Program-made: the position numbers and the translations under genes
Part shown: one piece after another, positions 26,585-37,360 of the stretch
Numbering within the stretch: the first letter of the stretch is position 1
Layout of the letters: the number at the start of each line of letters is the position of its first letter
The notes under the pieces: model-generated
The model's input: only the letters and a program-made list of their open reading frames with translations
What the model was told of the DNA's origin: nothing
Database searches by the model: none
Origin: Geopsychrobacteraceae bacterium
GTDB lineage: Bacteria > Desulfobacterota > Desulfuromonadia > Desulfuromonadales > Geopsychrobacteraceae
Direction of reading: 5' to 3'
DNA length: 64,000 nt
Assembly: GCA_963676795.2 (NCBI GenBank)
Contig: CAXXTB010000001.1
Coordinates: 800,001 to 864,000 of the forward strand

Positions 26585-28829
26585 CCTGCTTTCCGGACTC
26601 AATGAGCCGCAACTCCAGGCTGTGCTCCATGACGACGGCCCACTGCTGCTGCTGGCCGGGGCGGGCTCCGGCAAGACCAGGGCGCTGACCCACCGGGTTG
26701 CCTATCTGATCCAGCAGCGCCAGGTGCCAGCCTGGCAGATCATGGCGGTGACCTTTACCAACAAGGCTGCCGGGGAGATGCGCGAGCGTCTCGAAAGCCT
26801 GCTTGGCAACCAGGTGCAGCCCTGGGTCGCGACCTTTCACGCCAGCTGTGTCAGGATACTGCGTCAGGAGATCGAGCATCTCGGTTTCAACCGTGATTTC
26901 ACTATCTACGACGATCAGGACCAGCTGCGCCTACTGCGCGATCTGCTCAAACAGCGCAACGTTGCGGAGAAGATCCTCAAACCCCGTGCCGTTGCCTCCT
27001 TTATCGACAGCGCCAAGAACCGTGGCCGCTTTCCGGATGCCTACGCCGATGTGCGCGGCGATGAACGCCTGCCGGCAGAGATCTACGCGGCCTATCAGCA
27101 GCGTCTCAAGGCGGCCAACGCCGTCGATTTCGGCGACCTGCTGCTGCTCACCGTGCAGCTCTTCGAGCAACACCCGGAGGTTCGCCAGCGCTGGCAGGAA
27201 CGCTTCAGCCATCTGCTGATCGACGAATTTCAGGATACCAACCGGGTTCAGTACCGTTTGATGCAGCTGCTGATCGGTGCGCACACCAAGCTCTGCGTGG
27301 TCGGCGATGACGATCAGTCGATCTATCGCTGGCGTGGCGCCGAAGTCGGCAATATCCTCGGCTTCGACGGCGATTTTCCGGATGCGACCATCATCCGCCT
27401 GGAGCAGAATTACCGTTCGACCCAGACCATTCTCAGGGCGGCCGGTGAGGTTGTCGGTCGCAACCCGGACCGGCGCAGTAAGACCCTCTGGACCGAGAAC
27501 CCCGCAGGAGAACCGCTGCATGTCGAAGCCGCGCCGGACGATCTGGAAGAAGCCAACTTCGTCGCGGGAGAAATAACCAAACTCAAGTTCCAGGGGTTCG
27601 CTTACAACGATATCGCCGTCTTTTACCGGACCAATGCTCAGTCACGGGCTCTGGAAGAGGCGTTGCGCGGCAGCAGTATCCCCTATGTGATGTTCGGCGG
27701 TGTTAAGTTCTACGCCCGGACCGAGGTCAAGGATGCGCTCTCCTACCTGAAGATCCTGGTCAATCCGAGCGATACGGTCTCCGCCAGGCGGATCATCAAT
27801 GTCCCGGCGCGTGGCATCGGCAACACCACGATTGAGCGGATCTCCTCTCTGGAAGAGGAGGCCGGTGGTTTCCTGGCCGCCTGCCGGCTGGCTGTGCAGC
27901 GCCAGCTCCTGGGGCCTGCTCCGCTGCGCAAGGTGGCCGCGTTTCTGGAGCTGATCGACGATTTTACGGAGCGGCTGAAGCGTATCTCCTACCCGCAGCT
28001 GATGGCCGATATCCTCGAGGAGAGCGGCTACAGCCCGGCCTTACGCGAAGAGGCCCAGCAGGGGCTGACCGGGGATATCAAAAAGGAAGCGCGCGGCCGC
28101 CTGGAGAATCTTGAGCAGCTGCTGGCCGGGATGGAACAGCATGCCTCGAGCGACGGCAGCCTGCAGGACTATCTCGAGCAGGTCGCCCTGATTACCGATC
28201 TTGACCAGTACGATGCGTCGCAGCCGCGGGTCACGCTGATGACCCTGCATTCGGCCAAGGGGCTCGAGTTTCCGGTGGTGTTCATGACCGGTATGGAGGA
28301 AGGGCTCTTCCCCCATTCGCGCAGCGGTGCCGGCGGTGAGGAACTGGCCGAAGAACGGCGTCTCTGTTATGTCGGCATGACCCGGGCGATGGAGAAGCTC
28401 TACCTGTCCCATGCCCGGCGCCGTCGGGTGTTCGGGACCTATCAGTTCAATCCGCCGAGCCGCTTTCTGGCCGAGATTCCGGCGGAACTGAAAGAGGGGG
28501 GGCGTGCTCCTGTCGTGCAGAAACGGGAGTCCGGCGGCCACAACCTGTCTGCCCTGGCCGACCTGATCAGCACGGAGCGACCGCAGGAGCCTGCGGCGCC
28601 GCCCCGGGTCGAAGAGGGCTTTTCCCAGCTGGTGCCGGAAGCGCTGGAAGAGGTCGCTGAATCTGCCCCGGGGTTCAGGCTGGGGAGCAAGGTTCGCCAT
28701 GTCAAGTTCGGCATCGGTACGATCCGCAGGCTCGAAGGGGAAGGGGACCGGCAGAAGGTGATCGTCTATTTCAATACGGTCGGCACCAAGAAACTGCTGC
28801 TCAAGTTCGCCGGTCTGATGCCGGTTTAG
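26577..28829 (+). CDS. pcrA: UvrD/PcrA superfamily 1 DNA helicase
   Basis: AGAGSGKT, DEFQD, VGDDDQSIY, NYRS, HSAKGLEF, YVGMTRA, C-terminal Tudor-like VRHVKFG. Confidence 0.93.
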   Translation: MSDLLSGLNEPQLQAVLHDDGPLLLLAGAGSGKTRALTHRVAYLIQQRQVPAWQIMAVTFTNKAAGEMRERLESLLGNQVQPWVATFHASCVRILRQEIEHLGFNRDFTIYDDQDQLRLLRDLLKQRNVAEKILKPRAVASFIDSAKNRGRFPDAYADVRGDERLPAEIYAAYQQRLKAANAVDFGDLLLLTVQLFEQHPEVRQRWQERFSHLLIDEFQDTNRVQYRLMQLLIGAHTKLCVVGDDDQSIYRWRGAEVGNILGFDGDFPDATIIRLEQNYRSTQTILRAAGEVVGRNPDRRSKTLWTENPAGEPLHVEAAPDDLEEANFVAGEITKLKFQGFAYNDIAVFYRTNAQSRALEEALRGSSIPYVMFGGVKFYARTEVKDALSYLKILVNPSDTVSARRIINVPARGIGNTTIERISSLEEEAGGFLAACRLAVQRQLLGPAPLRKVAAFLELIDDFTERLKRISYPQLMADILEESGYSPALREEAQQGLTGDIKKEARGRLENLEQLLAGMEQHASSDGSLQDYLEQVALITDLDQYDASQPRVTLMTLHSAKGLEFPVVFMTGMEEGLFPHSRSGAGGEELAEERRLCYVGMTRAMEKLYLSHARRRRVFGTYQFNPPSRFLAEIPAELKEGGRAPVVQKRESGGHNLSALADLISTERPQEPAAPPRVEEGFSQLVPEALEEVAESAPGFRLGSKVRHVKFGIGTIRRLEGEGDRQKVIVYFNTVGTKKLLLKFAGLMPV

Positions 28830-28851
28830 TGCTACGCCACTGGGGAGGTCT

Positions 28852-31800
28852 ATGGCAGAGACTGAACAGAAAAATTTTACCCTGTTGTTGGTCGATGACA
28901 ATCCGACCAACCTGATGCTGGTCGCCCACATCATCGAACTCGATCTCCCTGAGGTGCGGGTTCTGACGGCCCGCAGTGCCAGAGAAGGGCTGGAGCTGAC
29001 TGCCAGGGAGCAGATCGACGGGGCTTTTATCGATGTTCAGATGCCCCAGATGAGTGGACTCGACATGTGTCGTGTCCTGCGTGCCAGAGAGGCGACGGCG
29101 CGAATCCCGCTGGTTTTGCTGACCGCCCATACCGCTTCTCCCGAGATGCGCGCCGAAGGGCTTGAGGTTGGTGCCTACGACTTTATTTCGCAGCCGATCA
29201 GCAATGTTGAAATGCTGGCCCGGATCAAGGTCATGTTGCGCATGTGCGCGAGCGAAAGGCGTTTTTCCCAGAGTCACAGCGGGAAAGAGCTGCCCTCGGC
29301 CGACCATGCTCAGGCCCTGCGCTGGCTCAAAGGGCTGCTGATCTCCGGCGACGGCGACCTCAAGGATGAAGACCAGCCACTGCTGGAGCGCCTGGCCGGA
29401 GAACTTCCGGAGCCGAACAGCAGGAACCTCGAGCGCTTTTTCGGGCTGATGGCGACCGGCTTTCCGCTTCCCTGGCGACGGACACTGCTGAAGTTTTCGT
29501 TGATAGGTCATCTGCCGCTCGCCCTGGCTCAGAAGCTCAGTGAAGTCTCCGATGTTGAAGCGGTGTCGGAATACCTGGGGCGCCACGAATTATCTCTGCA
29601 GCAGACGATCGACAATCAGGAGTTCATTGTTGTTGAGCCCCGCCTCCTGGAGCTGTTACAGGAGCGCGCTGTACAGGTTCTCAGCAGTGAAGAACGGCGG
29701 GCTGTCTACCTGACCGCCGCCGAGTGGTTCCGGCGCCAGGACGAGTTTGCCCGGGCGCTGCGCTGCCTGATCCTGGCCGAAGTCTACGACGAGGTGTCCC
29801 AGTTGCTCAGTCAGGCCGGTTTTTTGCTTCTCGACCGGCATTTCCCGACGCTGGTGGCGCCGGTTCTCGGCCGCATCCCGGAGCGGGTGCTGGCCCGCTG
29901 CGGCTGGATGTCCCTGTTTCGCGGCATCCTCGATCTGCGTGGCTCCGGGGAGAACAGCGACACCTGGCTGGAACTCGCTTATCAGCGTTTTCTGGCCAAC
30001 GGTGATGAGCGGGGGCAGCTGCTGGTCCTCGCCAAGCAGGTTCAGCAGACGCTCTATTTTGACGGCAACTTCGATGCCTGGCGCGAGAAAAAGGCCAGCC
30101 TGGCGAGACTGGCAGACACCCTGTTGCCATCCCTGAGCCCGTTTGAACGCTTCAAGGTTGCCTATGCCTACGGCCTGGCAGAGCTGTTTTTCAACGGCAA
30201 CCTGGCCATGGTCGACAAAGTTGTCGGCGATGCGCTGATCGATGCCCAGCAGTTGCGCCTGACCGAGCCTCAGGCCGAACTTTACTATCTGCACAGTTTG
30301 CTGTCGCTCCATCAGGGGCGGATGATCGTTGCCCATTCGTCTCTTGAGCAGGGGCTGCGCCTCGCCGATCAGGGCTGTAAGGAGCTGGAAATCTGTCTGC
30401 TGCAGGTGCTCGGCTGTGAGCTGCTCCACGCTGTCGGTGATCTGGACGGGTTCCTCAAACAGCAGGAACTGATGGCGGCGAATTGTTCCAGTGGGCTGCA
30501 GAAAAGAACCATCATCGCGGCACTGCTTGGCTATTATCAGGCGAGCCTGAACCTGGCCCGCGGTGAGCTTAGGGGCGCATCGGAAGCGATCGATATCCTC
30601 ATGCTTGACGGGGTCACCGCCAGTCATCGTCCCATGTACTGCCGGCTGTTGCAGCTGCGTGGCTGGATCAGGGCTCTGGAGGGGCATGTCGAGGCTGCCG
30701 AACAGGATATGACCGAAGCACTTGCCCTGCGCCAGCGGATGGGCGGTGAGCTGACCTCGCAGGAGAACCTGCTGCTCGCCGGGGTGACCTGCTACAGCCT
30801 CGGCCGTTTCGACAAGGCCGCTGAGTACCTGGATGAAGCCCTGGTGCGCTCGAAACGTTTTGGCGAAGAACGGATGCGCGCCGGGATCTACGCCTGGCAG
30901 GCGCTGGTCTGTGCCAGGAACGGTCAGCCTGCAGCGGCCCGCCAGTATCTGGCGCAGTTTGCCGAGCTGATCCGCCGGCAGCAGACCACCAGTTTCTGGG
31001 GGATGACGGCCGAGGCGCTCGAGGAGCTGCTGCGCCTGGCCAGTGAGCTGGCTGTCGAGGTTTCGCTGCTTTCCCTGCTGGCCGTACAGGATAGCTGTAT
31101 TGACGCTGTGCAGGGAAGCCGGATCCCTCTGCTGCGTGTCTATTGCCTGGGGCGTTTTCAGTTGCAGATGGAAGGCAAGCTGTTCGACTTGAGTCAGACC
31201 GGCCAGGCTTCGCGCCAGATTTTGGCTGCGCTGATCGTTGCCCCGGACCGGACTATCAGCATTGAACAGCTGATGGGGCAGCTCTGGCCGGAGAGTTCGA
31301 CGACCAAGGCGCGCAACAGTTTCGACGCGGCCCATTCGCGTTTGCGCCGGAGCCTTGAAGAGGTGTTCGGCAAGCATATTCGCGACAATTATCTGGTCCT
31401 GGAAAAAGGGATGCTCTCTTTGCGCCACACCCAGATCGACAGCCTGGAGTATGCCGAGCTGCTCCTGCGTGCCCGGCATCATCTGCAGCGCGAACGTTTC
31501 TGGCAGGCGGAGATGCAGCTGTGGAAGATGGACGAGGCCTGGCAGGGGGAATTTCTCGCCGGTTTCGACCTGGCCGATGAGCTGGTCTATACCCGCGAAG
31601 ACCTGACCCAGATGCGCATTCAGCAGCTCAGCTTGCTGGCCCAGCTGCTCTGCCAGCGCCAGCGCTTTGAGCTGGCGATTCCGCTGCTGCAGAAAGGGCT
31701 GCAGATGGAGCCGGGGCAGGATCAGCTGGTCCGCCAGCTGTTGCAGATTTACCGGCAGCAGCAGGACAGCCGTGCTGCTGCCCAGCTGCTTGAAAACTAT

Positions 31801-31911
31801 CGTCAGGCTCTGCACGATGAGGACTACGAAAGCGATGAGATCGCTGAAATGATCGACTCGCTCGGTGCGCAGTGGGTCGCACTCAACAGGAATAGACTGA
31901 GGAGAACATAG
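28852..31911 (+). CDS. Response regulator: REC + MalT-like helical/TPR region + C-terminal wHTH-BTAD (SARP-like)
   Basis: VDDN..FIDVQMP; TPR-like repeats; CLGRFQL...LWPES...SRLRRSL...WQGEFL BTAD signature. Confidence 0.8.
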   Translation: MAETEQKNFTLLLVDDNPTNLMLVAHIIELDLPEVRVLTARSAREGLELTAREQIDGAFIDVQMPQMSGLDMCRVLRAREATARIPLVLLTAHTASPEMRAEGLEVGAYDFISQPISNVEMLARIKVMLRMCASERRFSQSHSGKELPSADHAQALRWLKGLLISGDGDLKDEDQPLLERLAGELPEPNSRNLERFFGLMATGFPLPWRRTLLKFSLIGHLPLALAQKLSEVSDVEAVSEYLGRHELSLQQTIDNQEFIVVEPRLLELLQERAVQVLSSEERRAVYLTAAEWFRRQDEFARALRCLILAEVYDEVSQLLSQAGFLLLDRHFPTLVAPVLGRIPERVLARCGWMSLFRGILDLRGSGENSDTWLELAYQRFLANGDERGQLLVLAKQVQQTLYFDGNFDAWREKKASLARLADTLLPSLSPFERFKVAYAYGLAELFFNGNLAMVDKVVGDALIDAQQLRLTEPQAELYYLHSLLSLHQGRMIVAHSSLEQGLRLADQGCKELEICLLQVLGCELLHAVGDLDGFLKQQELMAANCSSGLQKRTIIAALLGYYQASLNLARGELRGASEAIDILMLDGVTASHRPMYCRLLQLRGWIRALEGHVEAAEQDMTEALALRQRMGGELTSQENLLLAGVTCYSLGRFDKAAEYLDEALVRSKRFGEERMRAGIYAWQALVCARNGQPAAARQYLAQFAELIRRQQTTSFWGMTAEALEELLRLASELAVEVSLLSLLAVQDSCIDAVQGSRIPLLRVYCLGRFQLQMEGKLFDLSQTGQASRQILAALIVAPDRTISIEQLMGQLWPESSTTKARNSFDAAHSRLRRSLEEVFGKHIRDNYLVLEKGMLSLRHTQIDSLEYAELLLRARHHLQRERFWQAEMQLWKMDEAWQGEFLAGFDLADELVYTREDLTQMRIQQLSLLAQLLCQRQRFELAIPLLQKGLQMEPGQDQLVRQLLQIYRQQQDSRAAAQLLENYRQALHDEDYESDEIAEMIDSLGAQWVALNRNRLRRT

Positions 31912-31914
31912 AAA

Positions 31915-32781
31915 ATGGCAAATTGTGATGGTTGTAACGATAGCTCCTGTTCCGTCAAGCAACAGGACAATCCCAATGACCCTCAAGTTCAGATGAAGCG
32001 CAAATTGGCGCAGCGGCTCTGTTCGATCAGGCACAAGCTGGTGGTCATGTCGGGCAAGGGGGGCGTCGGCAAAAGTACCACCGCGGTCAACCTGGCTGTG
32101 GCGCTGCACAAGCAGGGGAAAAAGGTCGGTCTGCTCGATATCGATCTGCATGGGCCGAGTATTCCGAAGATGTTTGGCCTGGAAAACGAACGTCCGGCCA
32201 TGGATGAGGAGGGGATCTACCCGCTTGATGCCTGCGGGATCAAGCTGATGTCGATCGGTTTTCTCATCGAAGCGACTGACAAGGCGCTGATCATGCGCGG
32301 GCCGATGAAGCACGGTGCCATTCAGCAGCTGCTCGCCGAAGTGGTCTGGGGGGATCTCGACTACCTGCTGCTCGACTGTCCGCCGGGAACCGGCGATGAG
32401 CCCTTAAGTGCGGTCCAGCTGCTCGGTGCCGGTGCTGCCGCGGTGGTTGTCACCACTCCTCAGGATGTAGCTCTGACCGATGTTGAGAAATCGCTCAGTT
32501 TCTGCAAGGAAGTCAAGCTACCGGTGCTCGGCCTGGTCGAGAACATGAGTGGTTTCGTCTGTCCGCACTGTGGCGGCAAGTCGGACCTGTTCAAGAGTGG
32601 CGGGGCTGACAAACTGGCTGCCAAGGTCGGCACCAGAGTGCTGGCCAAGGTTCCCTTCGAACCGCTGGTTGTTATCGGCGGCGATGCCGGGCAACCGCAC
32701 CTGATCGCCTATCCTGAGTCGGCTAACAGCGTCGCTCTGCTTCAGGTGGCGGAAGAAATCTGCCGCCAGCTCGAAGGCTGA
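31915..32781 (+). CDS. Mrp/NBP35 (ApbC) Fe-S carrier ATPase
   Basis: SGKGGVGKST, DCPPGTGD, VENMS.FVCPHC. Confidence 0.93.
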   Translation: MANCDGCNDSSCSVKQQDNPNDPQVQMKRKLAQRLCSIRHKLVVMSGKGGVGKSTTAVNLAVALHKQGKKVGLLDIDLHGPSIPKMFGLENERPAMDEEGIYPLDACGIKLMSIGFLIEATDKALIMRGPMKHGAIQQLLAEVVWGDLDYLLLDCPPGTGDEPLSAVQLLGAGAAAVVVTTPQDVALTDVEKSLSFCKEVKLPVLGLVENMSGFVCPHCGGKSDLFKSGGADKLAAKVGTRVLAKVPFEPLVVIGGDAGQPHLIAYPESANSVALLQVAEEICRQLEG

Positions 32782-32863
32782 GCGGGGGCGCGAATATTTC
32801 CCCTTGAACCCATGCTCTTTTGAATGGTAAATCAAGGGTTTACTTTTTCGTAGGAAAGAAACA

Positions 32864-33151
32864 ATGAAGATCACCAGAGAACAAGTGGAACATGTCGCCC
32901 GTCTGGCCCGCCTGGCCCTGCCGGCGGATGAGATCGAGCGTCTGACCGGGGATATGGATGCTATCCTTGGTTATGTTGAAACCCTGAACGAGCTGAACAC
33001 CGACGGTATCGAACCGACCTCCCACGCCGTGCCTATGGCTAACGCCTTCCGGGTTGACGAAGTCAAGCCGTCAATCGGTATCGAACGGGCTCTGCAGAAC
33101 GCACCGGCGTCGGGCGATGACTGTTTCACCGTTCCCAAAGTTATTGAATAA
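32864..33151 (+). CDS. gatC: Asp/Glu-tRNA amidotransferase subunit C
   Basis: HVARLARL, FTVPKVIE; precedes gatA. Confidence 0.95.
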   Translation: MKITREQVEHVARLARLALPADEIERLTGDMDAILGYVETLNELNTDGIEPTSHAVPMANAFRVDEVKPSIGIERALQNAPASGDDCFTVPKVIE

Positions 33152-33179
33152 ACAGTAAGCCCGTTGCGGAGACAGAACT

Positions 33180-34637
33180 ATGCAATTGAAAGACCTGACC
33201 CTTGCGCAGATGCGTCATATGCTCGATTCCGGGGAGACGACCTCGGTCGAACTGACCAGGGTCTGCCTGGCGCGGATCAAAGCGACTGATGACCAGCTGA
33301 ACGCATTTATCACCCTTTGTGAAGACGAAGCCCTGGTCGCCGCTGCGGCAGCAGACGAGCGCCTGGCTGCCGGCGACGCTCAGCCTTTTACCGGGATTCC
33401 GCTGGCGGTCAAGGATATCTTCAATACCCTTGATGTCCGGACCACCTGTGCTTCCAAGATTCTCGATAACTATATTTCCCCCTATGATGCGACGACCGTT
33501 GCCAAGCTCAAGGAGCAGGGCGCGGTCATCGTCGGCAAGCTCAACATGGATGAGTTCGCCATGGGCTCATCCAACGAGAACAGTGCAGCCGGCAGCGTCA
33601 GAAACCCATGGGATCTGAACTGTGTGCCGGGCGGCTCGTCAGGTGGCAGCGCCGCCACTGTTGCAGCTCGTCAGGTCATTGCTTCGCTCGGCACCGACAC
33701 CGGCGGTTCAATCCGCCAACCGGCAGCTCTGTGCGGTGTCGTCGGTCTCAAGCCGACCTATGGCCGGGTTTCCCGTTACGGCGTCGTCTCTTACGCTTCC
33801 TCCCTCGATCAGGTCGGCCCTTTTGCTACCAACGTCGAGGACTGCGCCATGTTGCTCGGCGCGATTGCCGGCTACGATCCGGCCGATTCGACCTCGGTCG
33901 ATACCCCGGTTCCCGATTACTCGGCGACCCTCAAGGATGGTGTGAAAGGGAAGAAGATCGGCCTGCCGAAGGAATATTTCATCGAGGGGCTCGATCCGCA
34001 GGTCAAGCAGGCGATCGACAAGGCGATCGACGCCTACAAAGAACTGGGAGCCGAGATCGTCGAGGTCGAATTGCCGCACACCAGTTACGCCGTTGCCTGT
34101 TACTACCTGCTGGCGACTGCCGAGGCCTCGAGCAATCTGGCCCGCTACGACGGCGTCCGTTATGGTGTGCGTAAGGACAATGGCGAGGGGCTGATCCAGA
34201 TGTATCAGCAGAGCCGTGCTGCAGGGTTCGGCACCGAGGTCAAGCGCCGGATCATGCTTGGCACCTACGCGCTGTCGTCCGGTTACTACGACGCTTACTA
34301 CCTCAAGGCGCAGAAGGTCCGGACCCTGATCCGCCAGGACTTTCTCAAGGCCTTCGAGCAGGTCGACCTGCTGCTCACTCCGGTTGCGCCAACCCCGGCC
34401 TTCAAACTCGGCGAGAAGACCGACGATCCGTTGCAGATGTACCTCTGCGATATCTTCACCATCCCGGTCAACCTGGCCGGTACCTGTGCCATGAGTCTGC
34501 CTTGTGGCTTAAGTGAAGAGGGGCTGCCGATCGGGGTTCAGCTGATCGGCAAGCCGTTCGAGGAAGCTGAACTGCTGCAGGCGGCCTATGCCTACGAGCA
34601 GGTCAGCGGCTGGAACAATCGCAGCCCTGAGTTCTGA
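33180..34637 (+). CDS. gatA: Asp/Glu-tRNA amidotransferase subunit A
   Basis: [36 protein letters not shown]. Confidence 0.97.
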   Translation: MQLKDLTLAQMRHMLDSGETTSVELTRVCLARIKATDDQLNAFITLCEDEALVAAAAADERLAAGDAQPFTGIPLAVKDIFNTLDVRTTCASKILDNYISPYDATTVAKLKEQGAVIVGKLNMDEFAMGSSNENSAAGSVRNPWDLNCVPGGSSGGSAATVAARQVIASLGTDTGGSIRQPAALCGVVGLKPTYGRVSRYGVVSYASSLDQVGPFATNVEDCAMLLGAIAGYDPADSTSVDTPVPDYSATLKDGVKGKKIGLPKEYFIEGLDPQVKQAIDKAIDAYKELGAEIVEVELPHTSYAVACYYLLATAEASSNLARYDGVRYGVRKDNGEGLIQMYQQSRAAGFGTEVKRRIMLGTYALSSGYYDAYYLKAQKVRTLIRQDFLKAFEQVDLLLTPVAPTPAFKLGEKTDDPLQMYLCDIFTIPVNLAGTCAMSLPCGLSEEGLPIGVQLIGKPFEEAELLQAAYAYEQVSGWNNRSPEF

Positions 34638-34673
34638 TGAGAATTTGATACTGTTAATCAAACAGGATAGAAC

Positions 34674-36110
<1,437 letters not shown>

Positions 36111-36129
36111 TAGATTCGGGAAGCGTTGA

Positions 36130-36240
36130 ACCACAGAGGACACAGAGTTCAAAGAGAGAATCAAAAAGCATAAAATCTGAACCTGAATGATTGGTTTAAA
36201 TCTATAAGTTTTTCTCTGTGTTCTCCGTGTTCTCTGTGGT
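36130..36240. repeat. Inverted-repeat element built of 9-bp units (MITE-like)
   Basis: Left arm ACCACAGAG-GACACAGAG-TTCAAAGAG; right arm (reverse complement) ACCACAGAG-AACACGGAG-AACACAGAG; AT-rich spacer. Confidence 0.7.
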
Positions 36241-36281
36241 GAATGCCTTACGTTTTTGTTTTGAGTGAAAGAAGGATGACC

Positions 36282-37343
36282 ATGAGCACATGTCAACTTG
36301 ATACCAGCAGCATCCGTCCGATCCGTTTTTTGAACGGTCAGTGCCAGATGCTCGATCAGCGTCTTTTGCCGGCCGAAGAGGTCTGGCTCGATTACACCAG
36401 CTATACCGAGGTCGCCGAAGCGATCCGCTCGATGGTGGTGCGTGGTGCCCCGGCGATCGGCATCGCCGCAGCAATCGGCGCTTTTTTCGGTGCCCGTGAG
36501 ATCCAGACGGAATCGACTGCAGAGTTTTATGCCCGGTTCGAAGAGATCTGCGCAGTCTTGGCAGCCACCCGGCCGACCGCCGTCAATCTGTTCTGGGCCC
36601 TTGACCGGGTCAAGAGCTTCGTTCACGCCAACCTCGACCGCACTGTTGCCGAACTGAAGATCGGCCTTGAGTTCGAAGCGATGGCGATCTTCCAGGAAGA
36701 TATCGCCATCAACGAGAAGATGGGGCGCAATGGCGCCGAACTGATTCCGGACGGGGCAAGGGTGCTGACCCACTGCAACGCCGGTGCCCTGGCGACCGGT
36801 GGTTACGGGACCGCTCTCGGCGTGATCCGCGCCGCAGTGGCCAGCGGAAAAACAATCTCTGTGATTGCTGACGAGACCCGCCCCTTCCTGCAGGGCTCCA
36901 GGCTGACCGCCTGGGAGCTGCACAAGGACAACATCCCGGTGACCCTGATCTGCGACAATATGGCCGGCTACCTGATGAGCAAAGGTGAGATCGACTGTGT
37001 CATCGTCGGTGCCGACCGGATCACCGCTAACGGCGATGTCGCCAACAAGATCGGGACCTACACGGTTGCCGTGCTGGCCAAGGAGCACAATATCCCCTTC
37101 TACGTCGCCGCGCCGCTGTCGACCATCGACCTCTCCTTAAACGATGGTTCGCTGATCCCGATCGAAGAGCGTAACGAACGCGAGGTTACCCATGTCAAAG
37201 ATGTCCAGCTCGCTCCTGCCGGAATTCAGGTCAGAAACCCGGCCTTCGATGTGACACCGGCCCGGCTGGTTACCGCAATTATCACCGAACGTGGTATTGT
37301 TAAAGGGGACTATCTGAACGGACTGAAGCAACTGATAATTTGA
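36282..37343 (+). CDS. mtnA: S-methyl-5-thioribose-1-phosphate isomerase
   Basis: [50 protein letters not shown]. Confidence 0.95.
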   Translation: MSTCQLDTSSIRPIRFLNGQCQMLDQRLLPAEEVWLDYTSYTEVAEAIRSMVVRGAPAIGIAAAIGAFFGAREIQTESTAEFYARFEEICAVLAATRPTAVNLFWALDRVKSFVHANLDRTVAELKIGLEFEAMAIFQEDIAINEKMGRNGAELIPDGARVLTHCNAGALATGGYGTALGVIRAAVASGKTISVIADETRPFLQGSRLTAWELHKDNIPVTLICDNMAGYLMSKGEIDCVIVGADRITANGDVANKIGTYTVAVLAKEHNIPFYVAAPLSTIDLSLNDGSLIPIEERNEREVTHVKDVQLAPAGIQVRNPAFDVTPARLVTAIITERGIVKGDYLNGLKQLII

Positions 37344-37360
37344 TTTAATAGGCGGAGGGT

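Noticed and set aside
29656..32313. 885-aa minus-strand ORF (similarly 35214-37088, 40456-42273, 47663-48835)
   Set aside because: Antisense to well-supported genes in GC-rich DNA; no recognisable motifs
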